A stretch of 64,000 nucleotides of DNA from Octopus sinensis (GCF_006345805.1 NC_043005.1:55614001-55678000); one strand, 5' to 3'. Positions 1 to 15,231 are shown, counted from the first letter of the stretch. The notes: generated by a model from the letters alone, not told the origin. Program-made: numbers and translations.

Positions 1-181
1 ATGGGGTTTTAGAGTCAGATCTTGGCTGCTATTTTCAGCATGGTGGTATCTCATAGATACCCTAATTTATGATTTTAATAATAATTATTGAAAGTTTTTA
101 TTTCCATACTGGCCACTTAATAAGATCATTATTTAATTTAAATTAACGATCTTATCCTTATTTATATATATATATATATAC

Positions 182-596
182 ATGAGTGGCTGTGTGGTAA
201 GAAGCTTGCTTCCCAACCACATGGTTCCAGGTTCAGTTCCACAGCAAAGCACCTTAGACAAGTGTCTTCTACTACAGCCTCAGGCCAACCAAAACCTCGT
301 GTGTGGATTTGGTTGACAGAAACTGAAAGAAGCCTGCCATGTATATATATGAATATATATGTATGTAGGTATATGTATATGTTTGCGTGTCTGTGTTTGT
401 TCACCCCCACCGTCACTCAACAAACGATGTTGGTGTGTTTACATCCCCATAACTTAGTGGTTCAGCAATAGGGACCAATAGAATAAGTACTAAGCTTACA
501 AAGAATAAATCCTGGGGTTGATTTCTTTGACTAAAGGCAGTGCTCCACCATGGCCACAGTCAAATAACTGAAACAAGTAAAAGAATAAAAGAATGC
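182..596 (+). mobile_element. tRNA-derived SINE family A with internal microsatellite
   Basis: Head GTGGCTGTGTGGTAAG...GGTTC..GTTC with pol III A/B-box-like motifs and an (AAAAGAAT)n tail. Further copies: ~1621-1855 (+), 4829-5225 (+), 7510-7618 (-), 8975-9445 (+), 15285-15675 (-), 16085-16240 (+), 17700-17915 (+), 33770-33935 (-), 62680-62850 (+), 63050-63210 (+). Resembles octopus OK/OR-type SINEs; the exact family is not assigned. Confidence 0.88.
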
Positions 597-648
<52 letters not shown>

Positions 649-1979
649 ATGTGTATGTATATATGTATATATGTATATTTATATATACCTACAAGAAACA
701 CATACACATACACACCCTGTTCAAGTAGTATAGACACCAACACACACTCTCATATACACACAAAAAAGAAATACATTTAAACAAATATACAGCATAACAC
801 ACACACACAAATATAACGTACTATACACATGTAAACAAACCACCATGTTAAACAACTACGCAAAAACATACTCATAGACAAAGGCACATACACATGCATG
901 TGCTCACACACACATACACACACAACACATACATACACATGCAGGCACTCCCCACCACCACATACACATATACATACACACACATGTACGTACACACGCA
1001 CACACATACACACATACATGTACACACAAGTACATATATTTATATGCACACATACACACACGCATGTACACACAAGTAAACATACATACAAACACACAAA
1101 CGCACACATACACACACACACACACACTCATGTACATACATGCAAAATATAGACTACACCAAAACATATTAATACACATGAACACAAATGCAGATATATA
1201 CACACACACACACACTTAGACATACACACACACACACATACACACACATACATATACACGCGCACACACTCATATACATATATGCAAAACATAGACTATA
1301 GATACACATAAACACAAATGCATATAGATACACACATACACACACACACCTACACCACACACAAACACAAGGAATAGACACACATAAACACACACACACA
1401 CACACAGAATAAACCAGCTAGAGGATAGTAAGTACATTCAGTAGTGTAAGACTAATTGATTTTTTTCAAGACTAAATGAACAAATTAGTAAGTTCTTCCT
1501 GCGTTTACACTGTTCTATTGTTATTGTCTCTATGGTCTACCATAGTTTGTATTACCTTATCAAACTTAAACAAACTTGTGTGTGTGCATGTGCACATGTA
1601 TGTGCGTTTGTGTGTGTTTGTGTGTTGTGAGAAGCTTGCTTCCATACCACATGACTCCGGATTCAGTCCCACTGCATGGCACCTGGGGCAAGTGTTTTGT
1701 ACTATTGTCTTGGGCCAACCAAAGTCTTGTGAGAGCGTTCGATAGACTGAAACTAGAAGAAGCCCATCATATATATATATATATATATATGTATGTATAT
1801 AACTATGTGTATGTTGTTGTGTCTATATTGTGCCCCCATCACTGCTTGACAAAATCAAAATTTTAATACAAGTTGCAGGGTCTCACATATGTCATGTAGA
1901 CAGTTGATAAACTTTGATTAACTGAGATTGTCTCTGGAATTAGTTGATAAAAACTATATCTGTATCTCATTAGCATTTA

Positions 1980-2350
1980 TAATAATATAATAATAATAAT
2001 GAAATTATTGTATACAGTGCTCAGGTGCACCACAACTTGTCAGAAAGTGCATATAAAGTACATGCTGTAATGTAGAAATGTCTGGAAAGTGAACATGCTT
2101 GTTTGTGTATGGAGGGGAGAAAATCAAGTGTGGTGTTGGCGAATCTCAGGAAGCATGGAAGTTTTGAAGGATGCAGTGCTCCGACAACTAACAACCGATG
2201 CCGGCAGTTTGTTCCACGCTTCAGCAACTCTCAGCGTGAAAAAATGTTTCCTGAAGTCATGGGAGCTGTGCTGTTTTCTTACTTTGTAAATATGTCCACG
2301 AGTGTTAGATGGGTGGAGTTTGAAGAGGTGCTCAGAGTTATTGTTTGTGC
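1980..2350 (-). mobile_element. CR1-clade LINE 3' end, 5'-truncated, with (ATT)n tail
   Basis: NTRGHIYKVRKQHSSHDFRKHFFTLRVAEAWNKLP is a typical CR1 C-terminus, and the tail is at ~1980-2000. Confidence 0.88.
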
Positions 2351-3179
2351 TGGCCATATCCAGCCCAGATATTCTACCTCTTTTATGTTCAAACTGGTCA
2401 CTTCCAGCATCTCACACCCAACCTGAAATGTCATTCTAAAAATAAACAATCACATCTCATCTTCAAAGTCTCTAAGCGACAAGATAATACATGATTAATT
2501 TTTTAAAATGTAAATCATCATCATCATCATCATCATCATTTAACGACCGTTTTCCATGCTAGCATGGGTTGGACAGTTCGACCAGGGTCTGGGAAGCCAG
2601 GAGGCTGCACCAGACTCCAGTCTGATCTGGCAGTGTTTCTACAGCTAGATGCCCTTCCTAACACCAATCACTCCATGAGTGTAGTGGGTGTTTTTTACGT
2701 TCCACCGGCACAGGTGCCAGGAGAGGCTGGCAACGGCCATGATCGGTTGGTGCTTTTTACGTGCCAGGAGCACGGAAGCCAGTCAAGGTGGTGCTGGCAT
2801 CATCCACATATGGAGGGAGCTTTTTATGTGCCACCGGCACAGGTATCACAACCACAATTTCCATTTGATTTTTTGATGTTGATGTTCTTGACTCAATAGG
2901 TCTCCTCAAGCACAGCAGGATTTTTTATGTTGATATTGATATACTTGAGTCAATAAGTCTCCTCAAGCACTTCAGGTCACCCTACAATCCAAGGCAAGCA
3001 CATAAAAAGCATTTTATTTGACAGAGTAATCTGAATATTAAAGGGATATTGTCTAATAGAAACAGCAACAATCAAGAGAGATAACTTCAATGATATCAGC
3101 TAAGTGAAATATTTGTGTTCAGTACTAGCAATAAAGTAATAGAGATATTTCAAACAATGAAATATGTTTTATACCATGA

Positions 3180-4320
3180 GAAAAGAAACCTAATGTCTCA
3201 GAAGACAGTCCTTGTACAATGAGAGGGAAAGAATAAAAAAATAAAGTTATTCACATGAAGATACCAAAATTAACAAGTATTAGAATTAAGCAATAGGATC
3301 AGATTGGTTAATTTCTATCGTTTTATCTCCCTTTGTGTGGAAGTCCTTCAAATCTTCATGGATATCTTATGCACTCACACATGTAAGAATCAGCCAATTA
3401 GCCTCAATGAGGCAGAAACTGCTCTATGGTCACGTTCAGAGTCAAAGCGCTGCCAAGTTTAGGTGCTTTCTGAAGATAGATATCCCATGCCAATATTCAT
3501 AGCTACGAATGTCATGTACAGTGGAAAAACTCTGTGATCAAATATATGGGGCATCAGCTCAAACTGTTATCTCACCTCATCCTTGATTTAAAAGCAGTAA
3601 TATACTTTTGCATTAAGCTTTGTGGAAGCAGCAGCTCACCGAGGGTACAGAATTTTCTAACCTTGATGAAAAGTATTTTGGGAATGTAATGTGGAGGGAG
3701 ATTCAGTTCTTTACTTTGGTCCATTTTCACTCTATTTATATTTGCTCCAACTTAGTTGTTTTCCCTACTTTTCCAGTTTTCAGTCTCCACCCTGAATATC
3801 ACTGCATGAAAATGGATTATGCTACTCAGTGTAGTCTCTGGCCAGTTATATGCTGGAACAAGAAGAGAATCTTTGACTTCTTGGTTGTCACTGAACCTGC
3901 CATTCCTCCAGTGTTGGTGGCAGACAAGTTAGAGCAATTCAACTTGTTTCCATATCAGCCGTTGCCTGAGTTGCAGCAGGCGTCACTCTGGAAAACATGG
4001 CAGCACCAGCCTTGGTCTTCAGCACTGGAACCTGCAGAAATTGTTGCTTCTGCTGCTATCCTCTTCCCTTTTTTTCATTCTACTTTCACTTTTAAGCAGA
4101 AGACCCTCAAGTAACTTTTACTATGATATTTAGCACAAAGTGACTTTCCTGCCTTTCTAAAGTCTGAGTGCTTTTTTTCCTCATTATTTCAGTGAAGTAC
4201 AGCTTCAAGAGGACCTTGTGTTCTTTGAGAATCAACTTGACTTGCATGTTGATACAGACATGACCCAAATATATATCATTGCAAACAGAGCCATCTCAGC
4301 AGCATTATAAGCCTCCTGGC
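3180..4320 (-). mobile_element. Highly degraded DNA-transposon coding relic, superfamily unassigned
   Basis: Fragmentary minus-strand translation (WLCLQ...KSLCAKYHSKSY) resembles N-terminal regions of large invertebrate transposon proteins. Shares a ~100-bp segment with the adjacent MITE. Confidence 0.35.
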
Positions 4321-4354
4321 AAACCAAGGTATTAGTATTTATAGTATTTATTTA

Positions 4355-4820
4355 TTGAGAGCAAGCCGTGCATACATAAACCTAAATTGGGTCCCTAGAC
4401 ATGTGAGGCACCTGGGAAACTGCCCAGTGTGCCCTTGCCATAAGATGACACTGATTTCAGGCCTGTTCTGCACTCATCATATTCCCATGATGAAGTACAA
4501 AGTTAACACGAAGACTTGGGTTGACAATATTTATAGCTATGACTGTCATGTACAGTGGAAAATCTCTGTGATCAGGCACATGGGGCATCAGCTGTCATCT
4601 CACCTCATCCTTTGTTTAAAAACGGTGATTCTCAACAATTTTTTGCTTATGGACCCCTTTGGTTTCTATTTTACTTGGATGGACCTTCAAAACCATTCAA
4701 TGTTTAAAGGAATTTATATATCAGTGTCATCTTATGGCAAGGGCACACTAGGCAGTTTCCCAGGGGCCTCACATGTCTAGGGACCCAATTCAGGTCTATG
4801 TATGCAAGGCATGCTCTCAA
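4355..4820. mobile_element. MITE / internally deleted DNA transposon, 101-bp TIRs, TA target duplication
   Basis: TIRs at 4355-4455 and 4720-4820 (about six mismatches by eye); TA at 4353-4354 and 4821-4822. Confidence 0.85.
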
Positions 4821-5635
4821 TATAGGGGTAGGAGTGGCTGTGTAGTAAGTAGCTTGCTTACGAACCGCATGGTTCCAGGTTCAGTCCCACTGTGTGGCAC
4901 CAAGGGCATGTGTCTTCAACTATAGCCTCAGGCCGACCAAAGCCTTATGAGTGGATTTGGTTGATGGAAACTGAAAGAAGCCCGTCATATATATATATGT
5001 GTGTGTGATTGTGTGTCTGTGTTTGTCCCCCCAACATTGCTTGACAACCAATGCTGGTGTGTTTACATCCCCGTAACTTAGCGGTTTGGCAAAAGAAACC
5101 GATGGAATAAGTACTAGGCTAACAAAGATTAAGCCTTGGGGTCGATTTGTTCAACTAAAAGCGATTCTCCAGCATGGCCACAGTCAAATGACTGAAACAA
5201 GTAAAAGAGTAAAGGAGTAAAGAGAAATTGTTAATTATTTTGTGTATTGTAGAAATATGACCAGTTCATTGCACATAAATTCTAACAGCAAAATCTTCTA
5301 ATGACCCCCAAGGACCATGTGGACACCGGTTGAGAATCATTGTTTTAAAGCAATACAAACACTTTCACAAGTCCTGTGCTGGTTGATGGGACAGCAGGAA
5401 GACAATTATAATGAGATCTATAACTAATGAAAATGTCAAATATTCAAGTGATAAACTAAATGTAATAAACTGATAATAAATCAAAGCTAATATATTTAAG
5501 TTAGATTAAAATTTATTATGTATGTATTTATACATTCATATATAAAATCGTGCACACACACGCACAAACATGTATGTAAGCATATATGTATGTATGTGTG
5601 TATGTATATGCTACATGTGTCTCTATTTATGTATG

Positions 5636-5695
<60 letters not shown>

Positions 5696-6379
5696 TGTAT
5701 GTATGTATGTATGTATGTATATATATATATGTATGTATATGTATATATATGTATGTATATAATTCAATGTTAGTATGAATACATATAGGTTTATGAATAT
5801 ATGTACATATATTAGTATATGCATATAAAACAGAATGTGCATTTGCACTCATAAATTATATTAGCATAAATCACGCACATACACACACACACACACATCT
5901 AAACAAACATGTATGTATACAGATGTTTGTATATATTTATGCATTTGTGTGAGCGTGTGTGAGTGCGTATGCATGCTTTTGTATACATATGTGTATATAT
6001 AAACGTGGGCGTGCATATAGATATGCGTGTACATATTATACTCTGTGATAATTTGGGTATTTATTTAGGCATATATATTTTAATATGAATAAATATGCAT
6101 ATATTAATATATATTTGTGTGACAATTGTCTATATATATTCACAGGCATACAACCTTAGGAAAATGTGTGTGTGTATGTTGTTAAATATATACATGCATA
6201 CATACACACGTACTCAGATACACATACAGCTATACATTTATGTATGTATATAAATATGTATATATATATATCTATATATATCTATCTATGTGTGTGTCTC
6301 TGTGTATATAATATATATGTGTGTGTATAGTGTATATGTGTGTGTGTGTATATATAGTGTGCATGTGTATATATATATA

Positions 6380-6421
<42 letters not shown>

Positions 6422-6537
6422 GCATAAATATATATACATATATATATATATATACAGAGAGAGAGAGAGTGTGTGTGACGGAAGACATATCTATCTGTCT
6501 ACAACTTTATATACATACATCCATATATATATGTATG

Positions 6538-6596
<59 letters not shown>

Positions 6597-7836
6597 ATGT
6601 ATATATGTATGTATATATGTATGTATGTATATATATTTATATATATATATAAATATATAAATATATAAATATATATATATGCACAATATATGTGTGTGTG
6701 TGTGTGTACAGAAAGCAAGAAAGACATATCTATCTGTCTATCTATCTTCATATGCATATATATGTGTATATATACACACGCATACAAATATATATGTTTT
6801 CATATATATTTATATATATATCATATATCAGCGTTTGCGTGTCTTTGTCTCCATATAGATATGTGTGCGTGTGTATAAAACATCAATTATATTTTGACTT
6901 ATTGTGTCTGGAAATAAACACAGAAAATGATGCCAGACATTAAATAAGCAAAATAAAAACAACAGAAACAGCAAAAAAAAAAAATTGGAATATAAAAATT
7001 AAAAAAAGAAACAATAAAACACAAAAATAAAACATAGAAATGCAGTCAAGGAAGGGGGAGGGGAGAGGCAGGAAGAAAAAGAGTTTGAAGAAGAAAAAAG
7101 TTTTTAGTTTGAGTAAAATGAAATGTAGAAAAGGATATTAGATTTTGTAATAAATTGGCATTTGAAAGGAAATTACACTGTATAGAATGGGAAGTTGGGT
7201 GAACGGAGAAAAAATAGAATTTTGATACCACAACTGTTGGATAACAAAAGACATGAACGAGACAAAAACAGGTAGAATTCTTGATTGAAGAAAATTTGTA
7301 CAGCAATATTTTTGGATGTCAAAGGTGGCAAGTTGGCAAGTTGGCAGGGAAGAAAGAGGAAACAGAACTGAGATCATGGCTGCTGCTCTGGAGTTATGGC
7401 TATAAGGTAAGCTATATATAGACAGGAATAACCTATTTGTACGGTTGTTGACATTATTGTTTAAGCCCCAAAGTTAGCCCTATGATAAAAAATATTTCAG
7501 CTTTGACCATCAGCCAGGTGGCTATAATAGAAGACACTTGTCCAAGGTGTTGTGCACTGGAATTGAGATCAAAACCAGGGTGGAGTGAAGAGAATTTCTT
7601 TACCACACAGCCCTTTATGTTTTTGATGTGTTTTCAGATATTTTGTAAGTTTTAAATTACAATTTGACAAAATTTTACCCTGTAGCAAGACTAATTTCCT
7701 AATTGCAATGTTTTAGATTTAAATAATCTAAACTAGGCTCCATGTGTAAGTTTCTAATGATGGTCATGTGACCAGTCATGTGACACTGAAATACTTTGTC
7801 AAGTCAGGTATTTTTATTGGTTTAGTTTTATGCAGG

Positions 7837-8220
7837 ACTAGCAGTATCGCCCGGCGTTGCTCAGGTTTGTAAGGGAAATAACTATAAAGCATTTTTAGAG
7901 AGTTATAGCCAAAAAATAGCAAAAAAATGGAAAAAAATGATGGTAAATTTTTTTTGAGAGTTAAAAAAGGTGGAGTTGCGTCCCCTAGACAGTTTGTGGC
8001 TTGTGTTTCTGATTCTCGACCCCATGTCGAATTTATCGATTTTTTTCAGAACTGGGGGAACTTTTCAAAATTTTTGCTGCGTTAGTTTTGAATTATGACA
8101 TTGGGCTATGTGTGTGTCAAGTTTCATCAGAATCGGTTGAAAGCCGTGGTCAGGGTGAGGGTACAAGCAAACAGACACACAGAAACACACACAGACAAAC
8201 TGCCGTTTATATATAGAGAG
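7837..8220 (+). mobile_element. Non-autonomous Helitron/Helentron-like element
   Basis: ACTAGCAGTATCGCCCGGCGTTGCTC 5' end; shares its 5' part with the 49762 copy; ends ACAAACTGCCGTTTATATATAGAG. Confidence 0.6.
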
Positions 8221-9124
8221 AAGATATTGAGCTCATATCCAATTGCATTGCATAACAGACTGCCAAAAGCGGTAAATTAAAAATGTTCATCTGAGCCCCT
8301 TTTTGTTAATAAATAGCATGAAGATTTTCATTTTAATTCAGATGGGAGAGGGGAGAGTTTGTTTCCAGGAAGCTATGTCACATTATTTTTCTTCCTGTAG
8401 AAGCACATGTAACCAAGTTCAACTGAGTTGAAAAGCCAATTATGTATGATTTTCTACAGACAACATTCTTCGCGATATATTAATCTGGTTTGCTGCATAA
8501 TTTCATTTAGCAAGAAGAATAAAGTATTGCTGTTAATTGAAAGTTCATTTCTGGTATTATTTTCCGCTGTTTCATATGCAATTCACGAGAAGCAAGAACT
8601 TGTATTAAAAGGGCCAGAGACACTTCCTTCCTACTAAAACACAATTGGTGACAGAATCTTCACTCATAGATCAGAAGTTTCCTAATAGGCAAACGTTAGC
8701 TAACGTCTTCTCACAGACTGTGCTTTGTCTATAGAAAACACATATAATTCTCTCTTTAGACTAGTTTACATAGCTGGAAATTGGTAACACACAGTGAAAT
8801 GGATTGCCACTGTAGCAGAAGGCTTCCTTTGATTTGAACTTACAAATCTTGGTTTAAAGTTAAATTTGCTTTCGATTAGCTTGACCATATTTGGTAATAC
8901 TGAGCAGAACTCACAACAATACATTTTTGAACTTTATCAAAATGCCTGTTGATATCTTTTGCAGCTAATTATTTTAGGTGTTGTGTGATAAGTAGCTTGC
9001 TTACCAACCACATGGTTCTGGGTTCAGTCCCACTGCGTGGCACCTTGGGCAAGTATCTTCTACTATAGCCTCAGGCCAACCAAAGCCTTGTGAGTGGATT
9101 TGGTAGACAGAAGCTGAAAGAAGC

Positions 9125-9172
<48 letters not shown>

Positions 9173-9588
9173 TGTGTGTGTGTGTTTGTGTGTATGCATA
9201 TGTATATGTGGTGTATGTGTATGTATTTGTGTGTCTGTCTTTGTCTCTCTAACATCACTCGACAACCGATGCTGGTGCGTTTACATCCCTGTAACTTATT
9301 GGTTCAGCAAAAGAGACAGATAGAATAAGTACTAGGCTTACAAAGATTAAGTCCTTGGGTCAATTTGCTCGACTAAAGATGATGCTCCAGCATGGCTGCA
9401 GTCAAATGACTGAAACAAGTAAAAGAATAAAAGAATAAAAGAATTACAATTGAGTGTTATTGAAAGCATTGATGACAGCATATTTTTTTCAACTTGGCAT
9501 TACATCTTCTTTATCATCATTAAACACATGACATTGTCAAACTTCCATTAATACTGATAAATGTTCTATCACTTTAATGTACTAAATT

Positions 9589-10160
9589 TATTGGGTTGCC
9601 CGGAAAGTTTGTGCCGATTTATAGTAGCTTACCTTTCGACTTATTTTAGAACATGGTTGAGTCCATAAAATAGGATTTGACTACACCTCCATTTAGAGTT
9701 CAGTTTATGCTATCTTTTCGTGGAAGAAGGTTTATGTTCCTATAACCTGTGTTAATTCTGTAACCCTTTAAAATGGAAGATAAGAAAGTTCATTTTCGGC
9801 ACTTGATGCTTTGGGAACCAGACAAAAATTGCTGCAGCTCGGCTGGGATGTGTTACTCCACCCTCCATATTTACCAGATATTGCTCATTCGGATTTCCAC
9901 TTAATCAGGTCTCTGCAGAATAGTCTTAATGGTAAAAATTTCAATTCCTTGGATGACGTAAAAAGATACCTTGATGAATTATTTGCCATGAAACCACCTC
10001 AATTCTGGGAAGAGGGTATTTTCAAGTTAAAGGAAAGATGGAGACACATTGTGCAACAAAATGGCTCATATTTGGTTGACTAAAAATGTAATGGCAAGTA
10101 TTTATTGACCTTTTTCTTTCCTTTAAAAATCGGCACAAACTTTCTGGACAACCCAATAGA
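9589..10160 (+). mobile_element. Non-autonomous mariner deletion derivative with TIRs
   Basis: TATTGGGTTG...CAACCCAATA termini; 3' transposase remnant LLQLGWDVLLHPPYLPDIAHSDFHL; internal deletion. Confidence 0.9.
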
Positions 10161-11589
10161 ACCATATAACTTTACATGCTGGTGCCACGTAAAAAGCACT
10201 CAAGTCAGTGCCATTTAAAAAGCACCCAGTAGACTCTGTAAAGTGATTGGCATTAAGATGGACATCAAGCCATAGAAACCATGACAAATCAGACAATTGG
10301 AGCCTAGTACAGCTCTTCAGCTGTCCAACTCCTGTCAAACCATGCCAACAGGGAAAGCAGACGTTAACTGATGATGATGATGTAGAATTTGGTCCATGAC
10401 TGCCTTATAAAACTAACCAGTGATTGAGTAGACTGTGTGTGCTGGGCTTTGGATCATTAGAGAGGAGATAACAACATGGTCATCAATTTTGATTATGTCA
10501 TCATCACTCAAAGATCAGCCTACGATTTTTGTTAAAACAAAGTGTTGGACTAAATTGTCAAGCAATATTTATCTCCTTGTTTTTCTTTTTCGTTTTCTTT
10601 CTTTCTCTTTCTTTTTTTTTTTTTTTTTTGTAAGTTTGTAGCAATTCCATAGCTGATGTTTGAACTGTAGCTCACAGATTTTTCCCAGCCTAAAACCATG
10701 AACTAATATGTTTCCATAAAAGAAAACACGTTGATCATTAAAGACATTAACTCCTATGAAAATGTGTCACACCCATTTAGCACAGGCCAACTTGCTATGA
10801 ACTGAAGCAGAAATTTTCAAAAGAAGTACACAAGGTTTGCTGCCAAACAGTTTGGTGGCTGAAGATTCAAGAAGGATGGTTAACAGCTATAGAGAAACTA
10901 ACAAATTCAACCTAACCAGAAAGCTGTTGAGCCATCTAAAGGAATCTATGCAGCATATCTCTTCGAGTGTTCCTCTCTCTCCTCTTTCACTTGCTTATGT
11001 CATAGTCAACAAAAGGCACTAACCTTTTCTTGTAGTGTCCAGTAACACATATTAATCATATGCAGTAATTAATTCTCTTGCCCTACCTTTATTACCTTAT
11101 TCAACAAGTTATATATACAGAAGATTCCTAGCCATTATGTTCATTAAACATTGACCCATTAATTAATTAAATGTACATTTGTAAATATGCTACAGGTTAA
11201 TAAAATATTTGGAAACTTAGACCTTAGTGTGGTCATCATTTGCAACCTTCCTAACTTGCAAACAAACTAAAAAGAATAGATGACTAACATGCACTAAAAG
11301 TCCAGATTCTGCAGAGATTGGCAGTGATTAAAAACACATTTTTGGTTTATAAGATTATGATTATTTCAGTTTTGGATTTGGTTTGCAAAATTCTTTATGT
11401 GAGTTCGTGTGTTGAAGCATATTCTGTTGTGTCTGGGGAAAGTCAGTTTCTTTTTGTGACTTATAATTTAACACACTCACCGGTAAAATTTCCATTTATT
11501 CCTTATTTTTATTTTCCTAAAATTTTTGTTGCATCTTGCAGCCTTTTCAATAGTCTTGACTATTTTTACCGGTGAGTGTGTTAAATTTT

Positions 11590-12040
11590 ACTGGTGAGTG
11601 TTATTGTATGGGGCTGAGACATGGTGAACAACGGTTAAGTCAAATAAGCAAATACAATCATTCATCAAAAGATGCTTGCGTAGTATACTTAAAATTAGAT
11701 GGCCCAAACACATAAGCAATATGGAGCTATGGCAAAGAACAAATGAAGTTTCGATTAGGGAGCAAATATTTAAGAAAAAGTGGAAGTGGATTGGTAGCAC
11801 AATTAGGAAAGAAACACCAAATGTAGCGAAAAGTGCTTTACAGTGGAAACCGGATGGATATAGAAGGAGAGGTAGGCCTAAGAACTCGTGGCAGAGATCA
11901 ACACAAAAGGAACTAGAGAAAGGGGGACATTCATGGCAGAGTATAAGTACAGAAGCCATAAATTATGCGACATGGAATTCAACTATAAGTGGCCTATACA
12001 CTGTGTTGGAGGTTTAAAGGCATAAAGAAGAAGAAAGAAG
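11590..12040 (+). mobile_element. RTE-clade LINE 3' fragment
   Basis: CLRSILKIRWPKHISNMELW...WKWIGSTIRK...ALQWKPDGYRRRGRPKNSWQR, followed by an (AAG)-type tail. Confidence 0.88.
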
Positions 12041-13021
12041 TATTAAATTATAAGGCACAAAAAGAAAATGACTCTCTCCTGACACAACAGAGCATTATGA
12101 TTATTCACATTGATAACTTCATGTCTTCAATATTTATGAACTAGAATAGGGTGGCAAGTTAGCTGAATCATTAGCATTATGGGTGAAATGCTTCACAGCA
12201 ATGTGTCCATTTTTACATTCTGAGTCCAAATTCTGCTGAGGTCAACTTTGCCTGTCATCCTTTCAGGGTCAATAAAATAAGTACCAGTTGTGCACTGGGG
12301 CTTGATGTGATTGACTTAGTCCTTTCTCTGAAACTGCTGGCCCTGTTCCAAAATTTAAAATCAATATCTATGAACCAGAAAAAGGATGTGAGCTGGCAGA
12401 ATCATTGGCATGTCGGGTGAGATGCTTAGCAGCATTTTGTCTGTCTTTATCTTCTGAGTTTAAATTCTGTTAAGGTTGACTTTGCCTTTCATCTTTTAGG
12501 GGTTAATAAAATAAGTACCAGTTGAGCACTGGAGTTGATGTAATCAATTTAGCTCCTACCCAAAATTATTAACCTTGTGCCAAACTTTGAAACTAATATT
12601 TATGGACCAAGGTGCTTAGTGGTGGTTTCTATTGATGAAAACTGTATTTAAAATTACTTAAGTTGGTATACCATTATAAGAAGTTGACAATGTATTGAAC
12701 AAAGTCATTCTTTAAGGAAGAGAAAATCTTTGTGAATCTTTTCTGCATAAGAGACAGGGCAATGCAAAAGTAGTGAGTTGGTAAACCATCAGACAAAATA
12801 CCTTGAGGACTCTTTTACAGCTCTTTAGATTCTCAGTTTAAGTTTAGCTAAATTTAACTTTACCTTTCATCTTTCAAGGATTAGCAAAAATTTGTGACCT
12901 TGTGCCTATCTATATTAGAAAGAATTATTATTACTTATTCTTCTACATTGGGCCCAGTTAGAATTTTCTCCAGGTCTAGTAGCCCATTCCACTTGAAAGG
13001 TCACTGAATGAGGGTTGTTAA

Positions 13022-13240
13022 CCCTTTTGTTACCAACCCGGCTGAAACTGTCTCTGGCTCTGAGTACACATATCTTATTTTCATAAGTTTTGAATTTAAA
13101 TCTTCCACCAAATCTTAGTCACAATTTATGTTCCTAACACTAGTTTAATGATAACTAAGTTATTTTACCAAATTCTTTGTTATATTTAAAGTAAATTAAA
13201 GAAACACAGAGCATTCAAAATAAATACAGTAGCGAAAGGG
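13022..13240. mobile_element. piggyBac-type MITE with TTAA TSD
   Basis: TTAA|CCCTTT...AAAGGG|TTAA, nested within an older repeat spanning ~12940-13520. Confidence 0.88.
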
Positions 13241-13556
13241 TTAAAGGAGGATGAATGAAACACCCAAGTCTTCAGGGGTAAATTATTCAAACCCCAAAGA
13301 ATCCCTCTCAACACATAGCTATGATGCTACCCCACTGTTTCTACTCGTGATCAGGAATACACATATTTTCAGCCACTAAGGAACATGCTCAACTTGTTAA
13401 GATCAAGCAACTGCCTAGCAAATCTGTGGCATTGAGCAGAATATTTACTGTAGCCCATCTTTTAAACCAAGACAAAACAATGTACATGATGACACTCCAA
13501 ATCAGTTAAGATCAGTTAACATCACTGCTTGGTATTGCATCAGTGCATCAGTGCAT

Positions 13557-13626
13557 TTATTATTATTGTTGTTGTTGTTGCTGTTGTAGTAGTAGTAGTA
13601 GTTGTTGATTTTGTTGCTGCTGTTGC

Positions 13627-13671
<45 letters not shown>

Positions 13672-13688
13672 CATCATTATTATTATCA

Positions 13689-13746
<58 letters not shown>

Positions 13747-13790
13747 CATCATCATCATTATTATTATTTATTTATTATTATTATTATCAT
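13557..13790. repeat. Compound trinucleotide microsatellite (GTT/GTA/ATT/ATC)n
   Basis: Direct reading. One of dozens of (AT)n, (CA)n, (TATG)n, (TATC)n and (CT)n tracts throughout the window. Confidence 0.95.
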
Positions 13791-14061
13791 CATTATATCA
13801 TCAAACCTGTGTCTTTGAGTTCAGCTTTGTCACATTCTTTGCAGTAATGTCTATCCATTCCCATCAGATCTTCCTTTAACATCAATATAAATATTTCTTT
13901 TTTCTCTTCTGTTTAGTGAAAACATGGTCCTTTGTAATCTGGCACATACAGCAACACGGAATATCATAGTAATCTTTCCGCTATTACAAACGCATACACA
14001 TTTATGTAAACTCATATATCTATACTTATCTACATACATTCTCTCTCTCTCCCTCTCTCTT

Positions 14062-14144
<83 letters not shown>

Positions 14145-14170
14145 ATATATGTGTGTGTTTATATAAATAT

Positions 14171-14204
<34 letters not shown>

Positions 14205-14230
14205 ACATATATATTTATATATGTGTGTTA

Positions 14231-14279
<49 letters not shown>

Positions 14280-14329
14280 TCATCTGTGGTGTATGTGTGT
14301 ATGTATGGTATGTATGTATATATTATATA

Positions 14330-14377
<48 letters not shown>

Positions 14378-14937
14378 GTATATGTATATGTATATGTAAT
14401 ATATATATATATGTATGTATATATATGTATATGAATATGTATATGTATAATATATATATATATTATATATATATATATATATATAAATATCTACAAATGA
14501 TGCATATGTATATATATTTACTCTCACACATATAAACACCCATGCACAAATATGCAATAACAGTAGTCTTTGTATTTGAGTATCTTTATTTGTGTTCATG
14601 TCTGTGTGTATATAGGAATACAGACGTGCACATTTATTTATAGCTAGGTGGACTGAGCCATTGAAAGTTTAATGCCTTGTCCTTGTGTTCAAGCATTTCA
14701 TGGCATCGGTACACAAACTGTTGATTGATCCTTTGATAAATAATCAATCCTTTATCTACCCATATAGCCATGATGCCATGTCTGCTAATAACACTCTGAT
14801 GTTTACAGATGTATGTCATCTTAATGCAGAGCTATACTACTTTTAGCCCAGTCTGCTTTCAGAATCTATACAGTGCACACAAAAACACAGACATATACAC
14901 ATAGATACACACTTATGAAGTTGTATACAAGACTTAT

Positions 14938-15205
<268 letters not shown>

Positions 15206-15231
15206 CTATCAATATAAATATGCGTACCTAT

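Noticed and set aside
7030-7415. Purine-rich segment ending at a strong GTAAG donor-like site
   Set aside because: All plus-strand frames contain stops; more likely a decayed LINE fragment.
8461-8501. Possible terminal exon after TTTTCTACAG (..NILRDILIWFAA*)
   Set aside because: Plausible acceptor, but short, with no recognisable protein and no linked upstream exon; needs RNA-seq.
13807-13873. Possible minus-strand exon EDLMGMDRHYCKECDKAELKDT
   Set aside because: Weak acceptor and donor, no homology recognised and no partner exons found.
14634-14819. 61-aa minus-strand ORF with protein-like composition
   Set aside because: No recognisable domain or reliable splice context; an ORF of this length is compatible with chance.
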